In this document: one piece after another, positions 1-10,197 of the stretch
Layout: every line of letters begins with the position of its first letter
Numbering within the stretch: the first letter of the stretch is position 1
NCBI GenBank assembly: GCA_001595885.1
Contig: LSSH01000059.1
Location: 1 to 53,836, forward strand
Reading direction: 5' to 3'
Origin: Candidatus Proteinoplasmatales archaeon SG8-5
GTDB lineage: Archaea; Thermoplasmatota; Thermoplasmata; SG8-5
Length of the DNA: 53,836 bases
Program-made: the position numbers and the translations under genes
Notes under the pieces: model-generated
What the model was told of the DNA's origin: nothing
What the model saw: only the letters and a program-made list of their open reading frames with translations
Database searches by the model: none

Positions 1-1
1 C

Positions 2-178
2 GGGGGACTTAACCCGCGCGCCGAGGATGTGGTCCTGAAGGAAGGAATGGTCTTCACGGTCGAACCCGGCGTCTACGAGCCAGGATTCGGTGGGGTCCGC
101 ATCGAGGATGACGTTGTGGTGAGGAAGGGTGGTCCGGAGATACTCACAACTGCCAGCCGCGATGTCTTTGAACTCTGA
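2..178 (+). CDS. Xaa-Pro aminopeptidase/prolidase (M24), C-terminal fragment
   Basis: Manual translation ...[29 protein letters not shown]...*; the TVEPG and GVRIED motifs carry M24 metal ligands; truncated by the window edge. Confidence 0.9.
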   Translation, partial: GGLNPRAEDVVLKEGMVFTVEPGVYEPGFGGVRIEDDVVVRKGGPEILTTASRDVFEL

Positions 179-620
179 CCCTGTATCTCGGCACCCTTTT
201 GGGTCGGGGCAAGCGCCTTGACCTCTGGACGACCTCCCAGATATAGCTGAGAACCCCGACCATCATGAGGATGAAGGCAGTGACGGTTAGCAGGATCGAT
301 GTTATCTGGTTCGGCAATATGTGAAAGTAACCCAGCAGTGAGATGAAGTACAGGACTATCCCGCCCTTGACGAAGAATAAGACCGTGTTAGGAATGTCCA
401 TGCTCGAGGCCCTGACGGGTCCCGAGTACGTGATCAGCAGGTAGCCGACACCGAAGACCATTGCCAGCGATATCACCGTGACCATGAATATGATCAGGCT
501 CGTATTGTTGAGGAGGTCGAAGTACTCGAGCATCAGTACGAACAGAATCATCATATACCCTCTTACCAGTAGCTTCAGTACCGGGGGAAAGGGGAATCTC
601 TTTTTATGCTCCTGAGTCAA
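144..620 (-). CDS. Hypothetical membrane protein (about 4 TM)
   Basis: TTG start preceded by GGAGGTG SD; four hydrophobic segments; basic tail overlaps the convergent M24 gene by 35 bp. Confidence 0.7.
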   Translation of the reverse strand: MTQEHKKRFPFPPVLKLLVRGYMMILFVLMLEYFDLLNNTSLIIFMVTVISLAMVFGVGYLLITYSGPVRASSMDIPNTVLFFVKGGIVLYFISLLGYFHILPNQITSILLTVTAFILMMVGVLSYIWEVVQRSRRLPRPKRVPRYRVRVQRHRGWQL

Positions 621-849
621 ACTATCACCTCCATTATAATATTATGTGATGAAGGGGTATAAATAAGTCATGTGGTGACCCCCAGGTTGTACACCAAAAC
701 ACCATTGCTTGGACATCGTGTGTATACTGGGCCATGGTTCGTGATTGTTTAAGAATCCTTGAACCGTTCTCTTAATGGTCTTCGTACATATTGATGTCGC
801 TCCCTTCATGTATTTATGGATGTATTGTATCCACCTCCGCGGTGATTGT

Positions 850-1860
850 TTGTCAGTCAAGGTGGCCATCAACGGTTACGGCACGATTGGTAAGCGTGTG
901 GCGGACGCCGTCACGCAGCAGGACGATATGGAGATCATAGGGGTAGTCAAGAGACGCCCCACGTTCGAGGCCAAGGACGCGATGAGGCTCGGTTTTCCGT
1001 TCTACGCTGCCGATGAGGAATTTATACCCGATCTCGAAAAGGCCGGTATCAAGGTGGGGGGGGTGCTCACCGAACTTCTGGAAAAATCTGACATTGTAAT
1101 GGATTGTACACCGAAAAAGGCCGGGTACAAGGAGCTTTACGAGAAGCACAACGTCAAGGCCATATGGCAGGGCGGGGAGAAGCACGAATTGACTGGCTTG
1201 TCCTTCAATACAATGGCGAATTATGAGGATGCCATTGGTGCTCAGTTCGCCAGGGTGGTGTCCTGTAACACAACCGGCCTTTGCAGAACGCTATATCCAG
1301 TCAAAGAAAGGTATGGCATAGAAAACGCTCTGGGCGTCATGGTGAGGCGCTCGGCCGACCCCTGGGACACCAAACGCGGGCCAATAAACGCGATCGAACC
1401 GGTCCTCAAGGTGCCGTCCCATCACGGTCCGGACGTTCAGACCGTCATGCCAGACCTTAACATCCAAACCACGGCCGTGAAGGTCCCGACCACGATAATG
1501 CACCTGCACTCGGTCATCGTAAAATTGAAGAGCCGGCCATCGAGCCAGGATATCGTTCAGCTGTGGGACGAGACGCCAAGAGTGGCCATGATCGACTCCA
1601 GCGAGGGCATCAAGTCCACCGCGCAGATAATGGAATGGGCGAAGGACCTGAACAGAAAGCGGGGAGACCTCTTCGAAATAGCCGTCTGGAAGGACGGCGT
1701 ACACGTTGTCGGAGACACACTGTATTATTACCAGGCCATCCACCAGGAGAGCGACGTGATACCGGAGAACATCGACTGCATAAGGGCGATGTGCGAGGTC
1801 GAGACCGACAAGTTCAAGTCAATTGAGAAGACCGACAAGGCGATGGGCCTAATCGCTTGA
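850..1860 (+). CDS. gap: Glyceraldehyde-3-phosphate dehydrogenase, archaeal type II
   Basis: [19 protein letters not shown]-binding motif; VVSCNTTG catalytic Cys; start moved to TTG 850 after GGTGA SD. Confidence 0.96.
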   Translation: MSVKVAINGYGTIGKRVADAVTQQDDMEIIGVVKRRPTFEAKDAMRLGFPFYAADEEFIPDLEKAGIKVGGVLTELLEKSDIVMDCTPKKAGYKELYEKHNVKAIWQGGEKHELTGLSFNTMANYEDAIGAQFARVVSCNTTGLCRTLYPVKERYGIENALGVMVRRSADPWDTKRGPINAIEPVLKVPSHHGPDVQTVMPDLNIQTTAVKVPTTIMHLHSVIVKLKSRPSSQDIVQLWDETPRVAMIDSSEGIKSTAQIMEWAKDLNRKRGDLFEIAVWKDGVHVVGDTLYYYQAIHQESDVIPENIDCIRAMCEVETDKFKSIEKTDKAMGLIA

Positions 1861-1942
1861 TATTCGGTTCGATACCTTCAAATTAATTAAGTGATGGTGC
1901 GCCTTTGAATATTTAAAACGGCGCCGGCCACGTGGGGGTCAA

Positions 1943-2656
1943 TCACTTCTTCTTTTTATGACGCTTAATGGACTTGCTTGCCCTATTAACCACCCCGGCC
2001 AGCGTGTGGAACTCCCACTCTGACAGGTCGGCCCTTGCCACAATTTTCCGGAACATCACCTTGGTCTTCGCCTTCTTGTGCTCGGGATAGTTTATTTCCT
2101 CAAGGAGTGCGGCCCACAATTCATTGAGGGTTTCCTTTTCTCTCTCGCCGACCAGCGTCCTCGCCATGGGCTCCTTGTCAAGCCTGAAGAGCTCGTATAG
2201 GACCACTGTCACGGCATGCGACACGTTCATGATGGGATTAAGCTCGGCAGTGGGAACGGTGACCATGATGTCGCACTTTGCCAGTTCCTCGTTGCTGAGG
2301 CCCTGGTCCTCGCGACCGAAAACGAGGCCCACCCGCCCCTGCTTCTCGCCCACGTACTCCGCGAAGTCGCTCGGAGACATCGGATGCCGCAGGAATTTCC
2401 TCTCGTTGCCGCTGGGTATGCCCGATGTGCCTATGACCAGGTCGAGTCCCTGAATGGCCTCATCGAAGGTCTTGGTTATCTTGGCATTCTCGACGATGAA
2501 CCTGCCGTGCTTGGCAAATCTGTATGCATCGTCGTCCAGCTCACAGGGATTGAAGAGGACGAGCTCCTCCGCTCCGAAGTTGCTCATGCTCCTTGCCACG
2601 GAACCGATATTGCCGGCGATGAGGGGTTCGGCCAGTACCACGACGTACTCTGGCAT
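1943..2656 (-). CDS. trmJ: SPOUT tRNA C32/U32 2'-O-methyltransferase, TrmJ family
   Basis: GNIGSVARSMSNFG, VFGREDQGLSNEEL and MNVSHAV motifs. Confidence 0.88.
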   Translation of the reverse strand: MPEYVVVLAEPLIAGNIGSVARSMSNFGAEELVLFNPCELDDDAYRFAKHGRFIVENAKITKTFDEAIQGLDLVIGTSGIPSGNERKFLRHPMSPSDFAEYVGEKQGRVGLVFGREDQGLSNEELAKCDIMVTVPTAELNPIMNVSHAVTVVLYELFRLDKEPMARTLVGEREKETLNELWAALLEEINYPEHKKAKTKVMFRKIVARADLSEWEFHTLAGVVNRASKSIKRHKKKK

Positions 2657-2708
2657 CGGCCGGCCATAACCGAAGGCATTTATAAATCCATGTCATCGGC
2701 AGCGTTGC

Positions 2709-3446
2709 ATGAAGTACGCACTGAAGTTCGCCTATGACGGCCAAGCCTTTGAGGGATATGCCAGGCAACCCGGTATGAGGACTGTCGAGGGAGAGGTCAT
2801 CGAGACAATGCAAAGCCTCGGAATCATCGAGGACCCGAGATCAAACGCGTTTCAAAGCGCTAGCAGGACGGACAGGGGCGTTAGCGCTGCCGGCAACGTG
2901 ATCGCCGTAGTAACTGGCTTTGACAAAGACGCGCTGATACCCGCACTCAACTCGAAGCTCGATGGGGCCGTGTTCTGGGGCATTGCCCAGGTCGAAGGCG
3001 GCTTCAATGCCAGGCACGCCAGGGAGAGGTGGTACAGGTACATTCTCCACCGCACCAGAATGCCGGACCCTAATGAACTTCAAACAGCAGCCAACCAGTT
3101 CGTCGGTGAGCACGACTTTTGCGATTATGCAAAGAAGGACACAGGGGAGGAGAATACGGTTTTGACAATCAACTCCATTGATATCAATGGGAACGCTGAC
3201 TTCATCTTCATCGACATCAAAGCGGAACGATTCCTCTGGCAGATGGTGCGTCGACTCGTCTCTTCAATGATGGATGGAGGAACTGGACCAGCGCCGGCCG
3301 AGAACCTCATCCTCATGGATGTGGCCTATGATTTTCCGTTTAATGAACCGACCGAGAAAGGTACGCCCTTTCTTAAACATCACATCAGTGCCCGAACCCG
3401 TGCCGAAGCCATGAGCCAGATAGATAAAATCATTACATCCGCTTGA
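2709..3446 (+). CDS. truA: tRNA pseudouridine(38-40) synthase
   Basis: YDGQAFEGY, SRTDRGVSA (catalytic Asp), GEHDF, FLWQMVR. Confidence 0.92.
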   Translation: MKYALKFAYDGQAFEGYARQPGMRTVEGEVIETMQSLGIIEDPRSNAFQSASRTDRGVSAAGNVIAVVTGFDKDALIPALNSKLDGAVFWGIAQVEGGFNARHARERWYRYILHRTRMPDPNELQTAANQFVGEHDFCDYAKKDTGEENTVLTINSIDINGNADFIFIDIKAERFLWQMVRRLVSSMMDGGTGPAPAENLILMDVAYDFPFNEPTEKGTPFLKHHISARTRAEAMSQIDKIITSA

Positions 3447-4722
3447 GGGGTTTTGAAAGGTGCCGCCGGGAGCCGACTGGCGGCTCGTACCAGCCGGTTG
3501 AGGCGGCTCTCCGCAGAGCCCTGAACTCTGCCTCGTTTTCCCCGACCTTCTTCCCGCAACTGCATCTGTAACCCTGGTCTTTGCCTATGGATTTCATCCG
3601 CTTGCTGCACTTTGGGCACATGGGATTGGCGACCTTTTCCCTCACATTGGCCAGCTTCTGGATCCTGACTTTTTCGACGTTGATCGTGAAGGGCTTCTCC
3701 CTGACGCCGCCCATGACGAGAAGCCGGTCTCCGGGAACGAGGACCTCGCCAATCCTCCTGAAGGATTTGGCAGGTTCGTAGATGGTGCAATCGACAACGT
3801 TATGGCCATTTGATAACGAAAATATCAAATGACCGCCCTTAATCGTCCTCGGAGCTGAGGTGACGTTTCCTATCACGCTGACTGATGTAAACGGCTCCAA
3901 ACGTGATATTGATGTGCGAGTGATGTGGTCGTCCGTGCCCTGGTTGGTGAGGAAAATCATATGCCTGGCTATTCTTTCCGACCTCACGGCGGCGGCTGCC
4001 TCGGGCAGGTCTTGTTCCTTATCCCCCCGGATGCCGTACAAGATCGGGCAGGGCGAGGCCGGTGCGATGACCATGTGCATCTCCTCGTAATCGTAGTTGT
4101 TGAATGTCGTGGGAAAGGCCCTGTCCATCTTCCTGACGCTGGCCTCATTGATGTTCCGGGGCTTGCCCCACATTATCTGCTCCCTATAAGCTATCAGTTC
4201 ATGCGTAGGGGCCCGAGGCCGCCAGGCAACTGCCGATATTGCTCCTATAAGGCCTCGGTTGTTCTTCCAGCCTTTCGAGAATTCGGGCTTGGCCAAGGCC
4301 ATGTGCCGTTTGAGGTCAACAACCTCCCTGACAGCCCCCCAGTACAATGCCTGGGGAGGTTTCCTACTTGTCATTATTAGGCCTGGATTGGTGTTGGCGT
4401 CTTCGAACATTGCCAGGTCCTCGATGACCCTGCAGGCGCGTTCGTAATGACCCTCCGTCGGCTTGGTGTTTGTACCCGACGGGAAGCATTCGACAGGTTT
4501 CCCGTCCAACTCTCCGATGGTCTTGGGCCTTCCTGAGCCGTTGCCCAGCTTCAGAGCTATGGCCCCGTTCCCCCTGGTCTTCCACGGCACGTTGGGGTTC
4601 AGCCGGACCAGGCGCGGGTGTTCCAGTAGGTCGAACTCGCCGAACTCCCTTATCAGCTCTGTTGCCAGGTATGTCGTGCACATGCCCCTGACAGAATCCG
4701 TGTCGTCAACCCCGATGTATAT
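3433..4722 (-). CDS. tiaS: tRNA(Ile2) agmatinylcytidine synthetase; start apparently non-canonical (ATA 4722 or ATT 4728)
   Basis: In-frame upstream extension gives YIGVDDTDS-VRGMCTTY; also LVRLNPNVPWKTRGNGA, TNQGTDDH, OB fold, CPKC..C Zn ribbon and RRHLSKP. Confidence 0.93.
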   Translation of the reverse strand: MYIGVDDTDSVRGMCTTYLATELIREFGEFDLLEHPRLVRLNPNVPWKTRGNGAIALKLGNGSGRPKTIGELDGKPVECFPSGTNTKPTEGHYERACRVIEDLAMFEDANTNPGLIMTSRKPPQALYWGAVREVVDLKRHMALAKPEFSKGWKNNRGLIGAISAVAWRPRAPTHELIAYREQIMWGKPRNINEASVRKMDRAFPTTFNNYDYEEMHMVIAPASPCPILYGIRGDKEQDLPEAAAAVRSERIARHMIFLTNQGTDDHITRTSISRLEPFTSVSVIGNVTSAPRTIKGGHLIFSLSNGHNVVDCTIYEPAKSFRRIGEVLVPGDRLLVMGGVREKPFTINVEKVRIQKLANVREKVANPMCPKCSKRMKSIGKDQGYRCSCGKKVGENEAEFRALRRAASTGWYEPPVGSRRHLSKPLKRM

Positions 4723-4731
4723 GCCAATCCC

Positions 4732-5619
4732 TCACTTTGTAATCTTGGTCACCTGGCCGCACTCACATTCTATGACGTCGGCGCGCTCAACGTGGCGCTT
4801 GCACTTCGGGCACCTGGCAACGTTCTTGAAGAAGTAGTCGAGCCACGCCTCCCTCACCTCTTCCTCGTCCTCTTTCTCAATCTTCTCCACCATTGCCAGG
4901 TCGCCATCCTTTATCGTCATATTCCTGAGGACGTCGTAATCCAGGTTGACCTCCTTCTTTTCCCTCTTCTTCACGATGAGGGGCGCGATCACGATGCCGC
5001 TGACGATTCCTCCCACGTGAGCAATATGTGCCACGCCGTCGTCTATTGATATCATCACCAGAAAGGTCTCGACCACGAACATGATGCCGACGGCCAGCCA
5101 CACCGGCGCCCTGGTGGTGAAGAAGAAGCCGAGGATCATCGGTATCCTGTCCCTCGGATAGAGTATCAAAAACGCGCCGCCGATGCCGAATATCGCCCCG
5201 GACGCGCCGAGGAGGTGGGATTCCGAATCCATGTGGAGGAAGTAGAAGCTGAGGGTGGCAACGATGCCTGTGACGAAGTAGATGACCCCCCAGTTCCGGG
5301 TGCCGATGCGCTCTTCCAGGGGGAGTCCGAGGAGATAGAGTATCAACACGTTTCCGAGGAGATGTGCCGCGTTCGCGTGCATGAACATCGAGGTGATCAT
5401 GGTGGGTATGTACTCTAACTGGCCGAAACGCGCCGGCACGAAGGTCTGGTAATCAACAAGGCTCTGGGAGAGTGCGTAATCCGACGCATCCAATGCGAAT
5501 TGGTAAATGAAGATGATGATGTTGGCGATCACGAACATCTGGGATAGGTACGCCTTCCTCCAGATAACAACAATAATCGAGACTATGATGATGGCCGGGA
5601 TTGGGAGGATCTCCAACAT
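4732..5619 (-). CDS. Rhomboid family intramembrane serine protease with C-terminal Zn ribbon
   Basis: SMFMHAN.AHLLGN, GASGA (catalytic Ser), AHIAHVGG (His); C-terminal CPKC...CECG. Confidence 0.92.
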   Translation of the reverse strand: MLEILPIPAIIIVSIIVVIWRKAYLSQMFVIANIIIFIYQFALDASDYALSQSLVDYQTFVPARFGQLEYIPTMITSMFMHANAAHLLGNVLILYLLGLPLEERIGTRNWGVIYFVTGIVATLSFYFLHMDSESHLLGASGAIFGIGGAFLILYPRDRIPMILGFFFTTRAPVWLAVGIMFVVETFLVMISIDDGVAHIAHVGGIVSGIVIAPLIVKKREKKEVNLDYDVLRNMTIKDGDLAMVEKIEKEDEEEVREAWLDYFFKNVARCPKCKRHVERADVIECECGQVTKITK

Positions 5620-5629
5620 GTGAGGGCCC

Positions 5630-6463
5630 CTAAGTGTATCTGCCGTCTATGAGGTCGTTAATGTATCTGGACAGGACGTTCAACTCGCCCACGTCGCCCT
5701 TCCAGTCCCTGAGCAGGACCTCGTAGTCGTCCTCGATCTCGTCTATCGCCTTCGAGATTTGGGGTCTGAACGGCTCTATCTCCTCTCCAATGACGACGGC
5801 GGCTATCGTGATGAACCTGCCCCTGCCTATAAGGACCTGGAAGCGTCCGAACTTCATCTGGTCCAGCTCTCCGCCCTCGCCCCTGAAGGAGTCCTTCACA
5901 AAGTCCTGAACGGCCGTCAGCATGCCGCTGAGTATGTCCTGGTCCACGTCGGGCTTTAGGCGGCGGGTGAAGTGCTTGATGAGGCGCCCGTCACGGGACA
6001 TCAGGAACACCTCGTCTATAATGGCCCTCTCGACCCTCAGTTTCTTTCCGCAATGGGGGCAGGACTTCCATTCTTCCTCCACCTTCTTTGCACAGTGGGG
6101 GCAGTTTATGGTCTTGGGCGGTGGAGGCGCGGGTTGCAGCACCGGTTGGGGAGCAGGTATCGGATAGGTTCGCGGTGGCTGTTGCGGGGTGGCTGAAGCG
6201 TCGCAGTGAGGGCACTTCGGCAAAGTCTTGAGGACCTTCCTCTTACAGGTCGCGCAGGTGAGCAATTTACCCTTTGGCCTGAACGCGATATAGATGATGA
6301 TGCCGAGTAAGGGAATGGCCCAGACGACGATGAACCATAAAGCGACCCTGAGTGCGCTTTTCTCGGCCGCCCCCCTGTTGACGCAATCGAAATAAGTCCA
6401 TATGGCCAGTACGAGGTTCGGGAACAGAAAAACCAGGCATATTGTCAGGATCGCTTCGATCAT
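5630..6463 (-). CDS. Membrane-anchored protein: 2 TM, Zn ribbons, Pro-rich linker, C-terminal longin/roadblock-like domain
   Basis: PLDc_N-like TM hairpin (PLLGIIIYIAFRP); four CxxC pairs; C-terminal EVFLMSRDGRLIKH...DILSGMLTAVQDFVKDSF domain. Confidence 0.7.
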   Translation of the reverse strand: MIEAILTICLVFLFPNLVLAIWTYFDCVNRGAAEKSALRVALWFIVVWAIPLLGIIIYIAFRPKGKLLTCATCKRKVLKTLPKCPHCDASATPQQPPRTYPIPAPQPVLQPAPPPPKTINCPHCAKKVEEEWKSCPHCGKKLRVERAIIDEVFLMSRDGRLIKHFTRRLKPDVDQDILSGMLTAVQDFVKDSFRGEGGELDQMKFGRFQVLIGRGRFITIAAVVIGEEIEPFRPQISKAIDEIEDDYEVLLRDWKGDVGELNVLSRYINDLIDGRYT

Positions 6464-6603
6464 CGAGTCGACATAATTTGCGGAGTTGATATAAATCTAT
6501 CGATATTGATGGACGCTGTTACCTGAATAATTGTCGTTATTTCTATACCAGACCCTCGGAGACGCCTACCGTTTGTTTATTATCCACACCCCAATACTGA
6601 TGT

Positions 6604-7173
6604 GTGAATCCCGACCCTGACATCAAAATCGAAGTGGACGAAGGCGTTTATGAGCCTTCGGAGGACACATACCTGCTGTTGGAATCCGTATGTGTTGCTA
6701 AAGGTGAGAGGGTGCTCGAGGTGGGGACCGGTTCCGGCATCATCGCCCTCAACTGCGCAAAGGCCGGGGCACGTGTTGTGGCCTCAGATATCTCTGAAGA
6801 GGCGGTGGCCAACGCTAAATCGAATTCTATGAAGAACGGCATAGGTCTCGATGTTCGCCGTTCTGACCTGTTCGGAGGGTTGGAGGGTAGGTTCGACGCT
6901 ATCATATTCAACCCCCCTTACCTGGCCTCTGATGTCGGTCCGGAGGACGCCCGCTTGAGTGGGGGAACCTCGGGTTCGGAGCTTTCCATCAGATTCCTGG
7001 ATGAGGTGGGAGGCGTGTTGAATCCGGGGGGTCGCGTCTATCTACTTACATCCTCACTGAGCTCCCGCGATGTTATTGCCAGGGCTAAAGAGTTGTACAA
7101 GGTCGAATGTGTGGGCTCGAAGGACCTGTTCTTCGAGCGGCTCGAGGTCCATCTGCTAACAGATAAAGATTAA
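6604..7173 (+). CDS. HemK2/Mtq2-like SAM-dependent methyltransferase (release factor Gln methyltransferase)
   Basis: VYEPSEDTYLL, VLEVGTGSG and NPPY motifs. Confidence 0.88.
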   Translation: MNPDPDIKIEVDEGVYEPSEDTYLLLESVCVAKGERVLEVGTGSGIIALNCAKAGARVVASDISEEAVANAKSNSMKNGIGLDVRRSDLFGGLEGRFDAIIFNPPYLASDVGPEDARLSGGTSGSELSIRFLDEVGGVLNPGGRVYLLTSSLSSRDVIARAKELYKVECVGSKDLFFERLEVHLLTDKD

Positions 7174-7214
7174 ATACTGGCTCGGCGTTTTCATGACATC
7201 CAAGGGGGATACGG

Positions 7215-8153
7215 TTGAAGACGGCCATTATTGCTATCGGCGGTAACGCCCTTATCAAGGAAGGCGAGGAGGGTACAATCTACCAGCAGTTCGCCAATGC
7301 CAGGGATACGTGCGCGACCCTGATGGACATCGTCAAGGATGGGTATGAGATAGTACTGACCCACGGTAACGGCCCGCAGGTCGGCTTCGCCCTGAGAAGG
7401 CACGAGAGGTCCCGCGACGTTATCCCGCCCTATCCCTTGGGCGTCTGCGTGGCCGAGACCGTGGGCTCGATGGGCTACATGCTGCAGCAGACAATGCAGA
7501 ATACTGTCAAGCGGGTTGGCCTTGGGAAGGACACGGTCACGGTCATAACACAGGTGGTCGTCGACGCGGACGACTCCTCCTTCTCGAATCCCACCAAACC
7601 GATCGGCCAATATTTTTCAAAAGACGAGATCGATGTCAAGGTCAGGGAAGAGGGTTGGGACGTTGTGGAGGCCGGCACGCGAGGCTGGCGCAGGGTGGTG
7701 CCGTCCCCCAGGCCCATCCGCGTCGTCGAGAAGGACACGATAGGCCATCTGCTGGAGAGGGGGAAGATAGTCATCGCCTGCGGCGGCGGGGGCCTGCCAG
7801 TCATTGAACTAGAGGATGGTTCCCTCGACGGTGTCGAGGCCGTTGTGGACAAGGACTATGCCTCGTCCAAGCTGGCCCAGCAATTGGGCGTTGACGACTT
7901 CATCATATTGACGAACGTTGACAAGGTTTGCATCGATTATGGCAAGCCTGACCAGAAGGAACTCGACTCCCTAGACCTTTCCGATGCAAAGGGCCACCTC
8001 GAGGACGGGCAGTTCCCGCCGGGCTCGATGGGGCCGAAAATCGAGGCTGCCATCGAATTCCTCGAGAACGGAGGGAAGAGGGTCGTAATTACGTCCCACG
8101 GTTCACTGGTGGAAGCGGTTCGCGGCAACGCCGGCACCCATATCACCAGGTGA
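7215..8153 (+). CDS. arcC: Carbamate kinase
   Basis: AIGGNAL, THGNGPQVG, PTKPIG, RRVVPSP, GGGGLPV, AVVDKD, GSMGPKIEA. Confidence 0.95.
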   Translation: MKTAIIAIGGNALIKEGEEGTIYQQFANARDTCATLMDIVKDGYEIVLTHGNGPQVGFALRRHERSRDVIPPYPLGVCVAETVGSMGYMLQQTMQNTVKRVGLGKDTVTVITQVVVDADDSSFSNPTKPIGQYFSKDEIDVKVREEGWDVVEAGTRGWRRVVPSPRPIRVVEKDTIGHLLERGKIVIACGGGGLPVIELEDGSLDGVEAVVDKDYASSKLAQQLGVDDFIILTNVDKVCIDYGKPDQKELDSLDLSDAKGHLEDGQFPPGSMGPKIEAAIEFLENGGKRVVITSHGSLVEAVRGNAGTHITR

Positions 8154-8265
8154 GTGGAACCACTTCTGCAACTGATATGGAAGGGGCAGCCTATGCCAAT
8201 ATCATGAACGCCCATAATCACCAGGGCGGAAATGTTTTAGGCCTTCCAGTCTTCAGCAATGGCGC

Positions 8266-8964
8266 ATGATCAAGGGCATCACCGAGACCTCGTTCCTCGA
8301 CTGGGACGGCAAGATCGTCATGGTCCTTTACACGGGCGTTTGTAATTATAGATGCCCCTTCTGTCACAACTGGGAGCTGATGGAGAATCCCGAAAGGTTC
8401 CCCGATAAGAGTTGGGAGGAAATCAAAGCCTTCCTGACTGAGCACGTTGACTTCCTGGACGGTGTGTGCATCACAGGCGGGGAACCGACCCTCGAGAAGG
8501 AACTGGAGCACTGGATAGTCCGCATCAGGGAGCTGGGACTCAAAGTGAAACTGGATACGAACGGCTCGGTCCCTGGTGTCTTGGATGATTTGATCGAAAA
8601 GCGTCTGCTGGATGCCGTCGCGATGGACGTCAAGGCCCCTCCGGATGAGAGATATTCGGGGGCCTGCGGTACAGATGTTGACCTTGATGCCATAGTACAA
8701 TCCATCAGATTGGTTAGCGAATCCGGCGTGGAGCACGAGTTCAGGACGACGGTGGTGCCGACGATACACCAAATCGAGGACATAACCGACATCGCCAGGG
8801 CACTGTCCGGAGCTGAGAAGTACGTGCTGCAGCAGTTCAACCCCGCAAACACCTGGGATGAGGAACTGAGGAAGATCGTCCCGTATCCCAACGACGTTCT
8901 CCTGGACATGGCCAACGCTGCAAAGGAGCACGTCAAAGAGGTGCGTGTCAGAGGATTGAGGTGA
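8266..8964 (+). CDS. nrdG: Anaerobic ribonucleotide reductase activating protein (radical SAM)
   Basis: CNYRCPFCHN, ITGGEPT, KLDTNGS, AMDVKAP, EFRTTVVP. Confidence 0.85.
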   Translation: MIKGITETSFLDWDGKIVMVLYTGVCNYRCPFCHNWELMENPERFPDKSWEEIKAFLTEHVDFLDGVCITGGEPTLEKELEHWIVRIRELGLKVKLDTNGSVPGVLDDLIEKRLLDAVAMDVKAPPDERYSGACGTDVDLDAIVQSIRLVSESGVEHEFRTTVVPTIHQIEDITDIARALSGAEKYVLQQFNPANTWDEELRKIVPYPNDVLLDMANAAKEHVKEVRVRGLR

Positions 8965-9036
8965 GAACCTCAGCCCTCATGAAACCTGTTGTTTGTAGTC
9001 GGGCTACCTAATTGGTACACAAGGAATATCGATTGT

Positions 9037-9486
9037 TTATTCGTACACCCAGGGTTCGTCAATCCTCGAATAGTCCATTATCTCGTTTTCCGAGAAGAAG
9101 AGGGCTATCTCACGGGCCGCGCTCTCGGTGGAATCGGATGCGTGGATTATGTTCCTGCCCGTTTCCATGCCGAAGTCTCCGCGTATCGTGCCGGGGTCGG
9201 CCTCCTGCGGATTTGTCTTGCCAACCACGGTCCTGACGCAGGAAACTGCGTTCTTCCCTTCGAAAACGGTGGCCAGCACCGGTCCGGAAGTGATGTAGCT
9301 TATCAACGGTTCGTAGAATGGCTTGCCGACGTGCTCCCCGTAATGCTTTGAAGCGAGTTCGCCGTCTATGTGCAGCATCCTCGCGGCCACCAGCTTCAGG
9401 CCCTTTGTCTCTAGCCGGGATATGACCTGCCCTACGATTGCCCTTTGAACGCCGTCCGGCTTGATCATGACGAAAGTTCGTTCCAT
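9037..9486 (-). CDS. ndk: Nucleoside diphosphate kinase
   Basis: [28 protein letters not shown]. Confidence 0.97.
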   Translation of the reverse strand: MERTFVMIKPDGVQRAIVGQVISRLETKGLKLVAARMLHIDGELASKHYGEHVGKPFYEPLISYITSGPVLATVFEGKNAVSCVRTVVGKTNPQEADPGTIRGDFGMETGRNIIHASDSTESAAREIALFFSENEIMDYSRIDEPWVYE

Positions 9487-9494
9487 TGGCTCAC

Positions 9495-9899
9495 CTACTC
9501 GTCGACCGTCGAATCCTTCTCGGGTGCCGGTCGAACTTTCCCCTTAGGGGCAGGAGACGTTTTCTCCTGGGCCGGTTTTGCTTCAGGCTTCTTGACTTGC
9601 CTGGCCGGTTTTGTTTCGGCCGGAACCGGTTTGCGCTTGACCAGCCTAGCCTTGGGCTTGTCCTCATCATCGGGCTCTTCTTCCTCGGCACCCCTCTTCC
9701 TCTTCAGGCTGCTTGCCTTGAGCTCCGAATACCTTACGGTCCACCTGGTCCTTCGGGGCACCCTTCCGAGGTCGATGCGGTTCTTCTTGCATTTGTTGCT
9801 GCAGAAGGTATAGATGGTTCCGTCCTTGCGTATGTACATCTTGCCGGTGCCTGGTTCGATGGGATTTCCGCAAAATGAACAATTGCGTTTCTCTACCAT
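9495..9899 (-). CDS. rpl24e: 50S ribosomal protein L24e with low-complexity C-terminal tail
   Basis: CSFCG.PIEPGTG.MY..DG....FCSNKC; conserved L7Ae-S28e-L24e-ndk gene order. Confidence 0.95.
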   Translation of the reverse strand: MVEKRNCSFCGNPIEPGTGKMYIRKDGTIYTFCSNKCKKNRIDLGRVPRRTRWTVRYSELKASSLKRKRGAEEEEPDDEDKPKARLVKRKPVPAETKPARQVKKPEAKPAQEKTSPAPKGKVRPAPEKDSTVDE

Positions 9900-9971
9900 T
9901 ATTCCGCCTCCTTTGTCAAAGCTGGCGTCTCATGATAAATCGTGTTGTCTCTGCCAGATATCTTCATGACC

Positions 9972-10181
9972 TCACCTGATGCTGAGCTTCTTTGCCTCTC
10001 GCTGGGTCTCGCGAAGCATGAGCACGTCGCCTAGCTGGACAGGGCCGAAGACGTTCCTGGTGATGATCCTGCCCTTGTCCCTGCCGTCAAGAACACGGAC
10101 CTTGACCTGCGTGGCCTCGCCGGTCATGCCGGTCCTGCCAACGACTTCCACAACTTCGGCTGGAATGCTGTTCGGGTCCAT
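9972..10181 (-). CDS. rps28e: 30S ribosomal protein S28e
   Basis: [33 protein letters not shown]. Confidence 0.96.
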   Translation of the reverse strand: MDPNSIPAEVVEVVGRTGMTGEATQVKVRVLDGRDKGRIITRNVFGPVQLGDVLMLRETQREAKKLSIR

Positions 10182-10197
10182 TCATAACACCTGAGTA

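Noticed and set aside
680..764. Hairpins in the divergent intergenic region before gap
   Set aside because: Imperfect stems and no clear C/D or K-turn consensus; could be chance
775..849. N-terminal extension of GAPDH in the ORF track
   Set aside because: Homology and the SD point to TTG 850; the extension spans promoter DNA
4732..4734. Selenocysteine recoding of the TGA between rhomboid and tiaS
   Set aside because: No SECIS-like element recognised and the position is not a catalytic Cys site
7215..8964. arcC and nrdG without their usual pathway partners
   Set aside because: Dispersed pathway genes are ordinary in archaea
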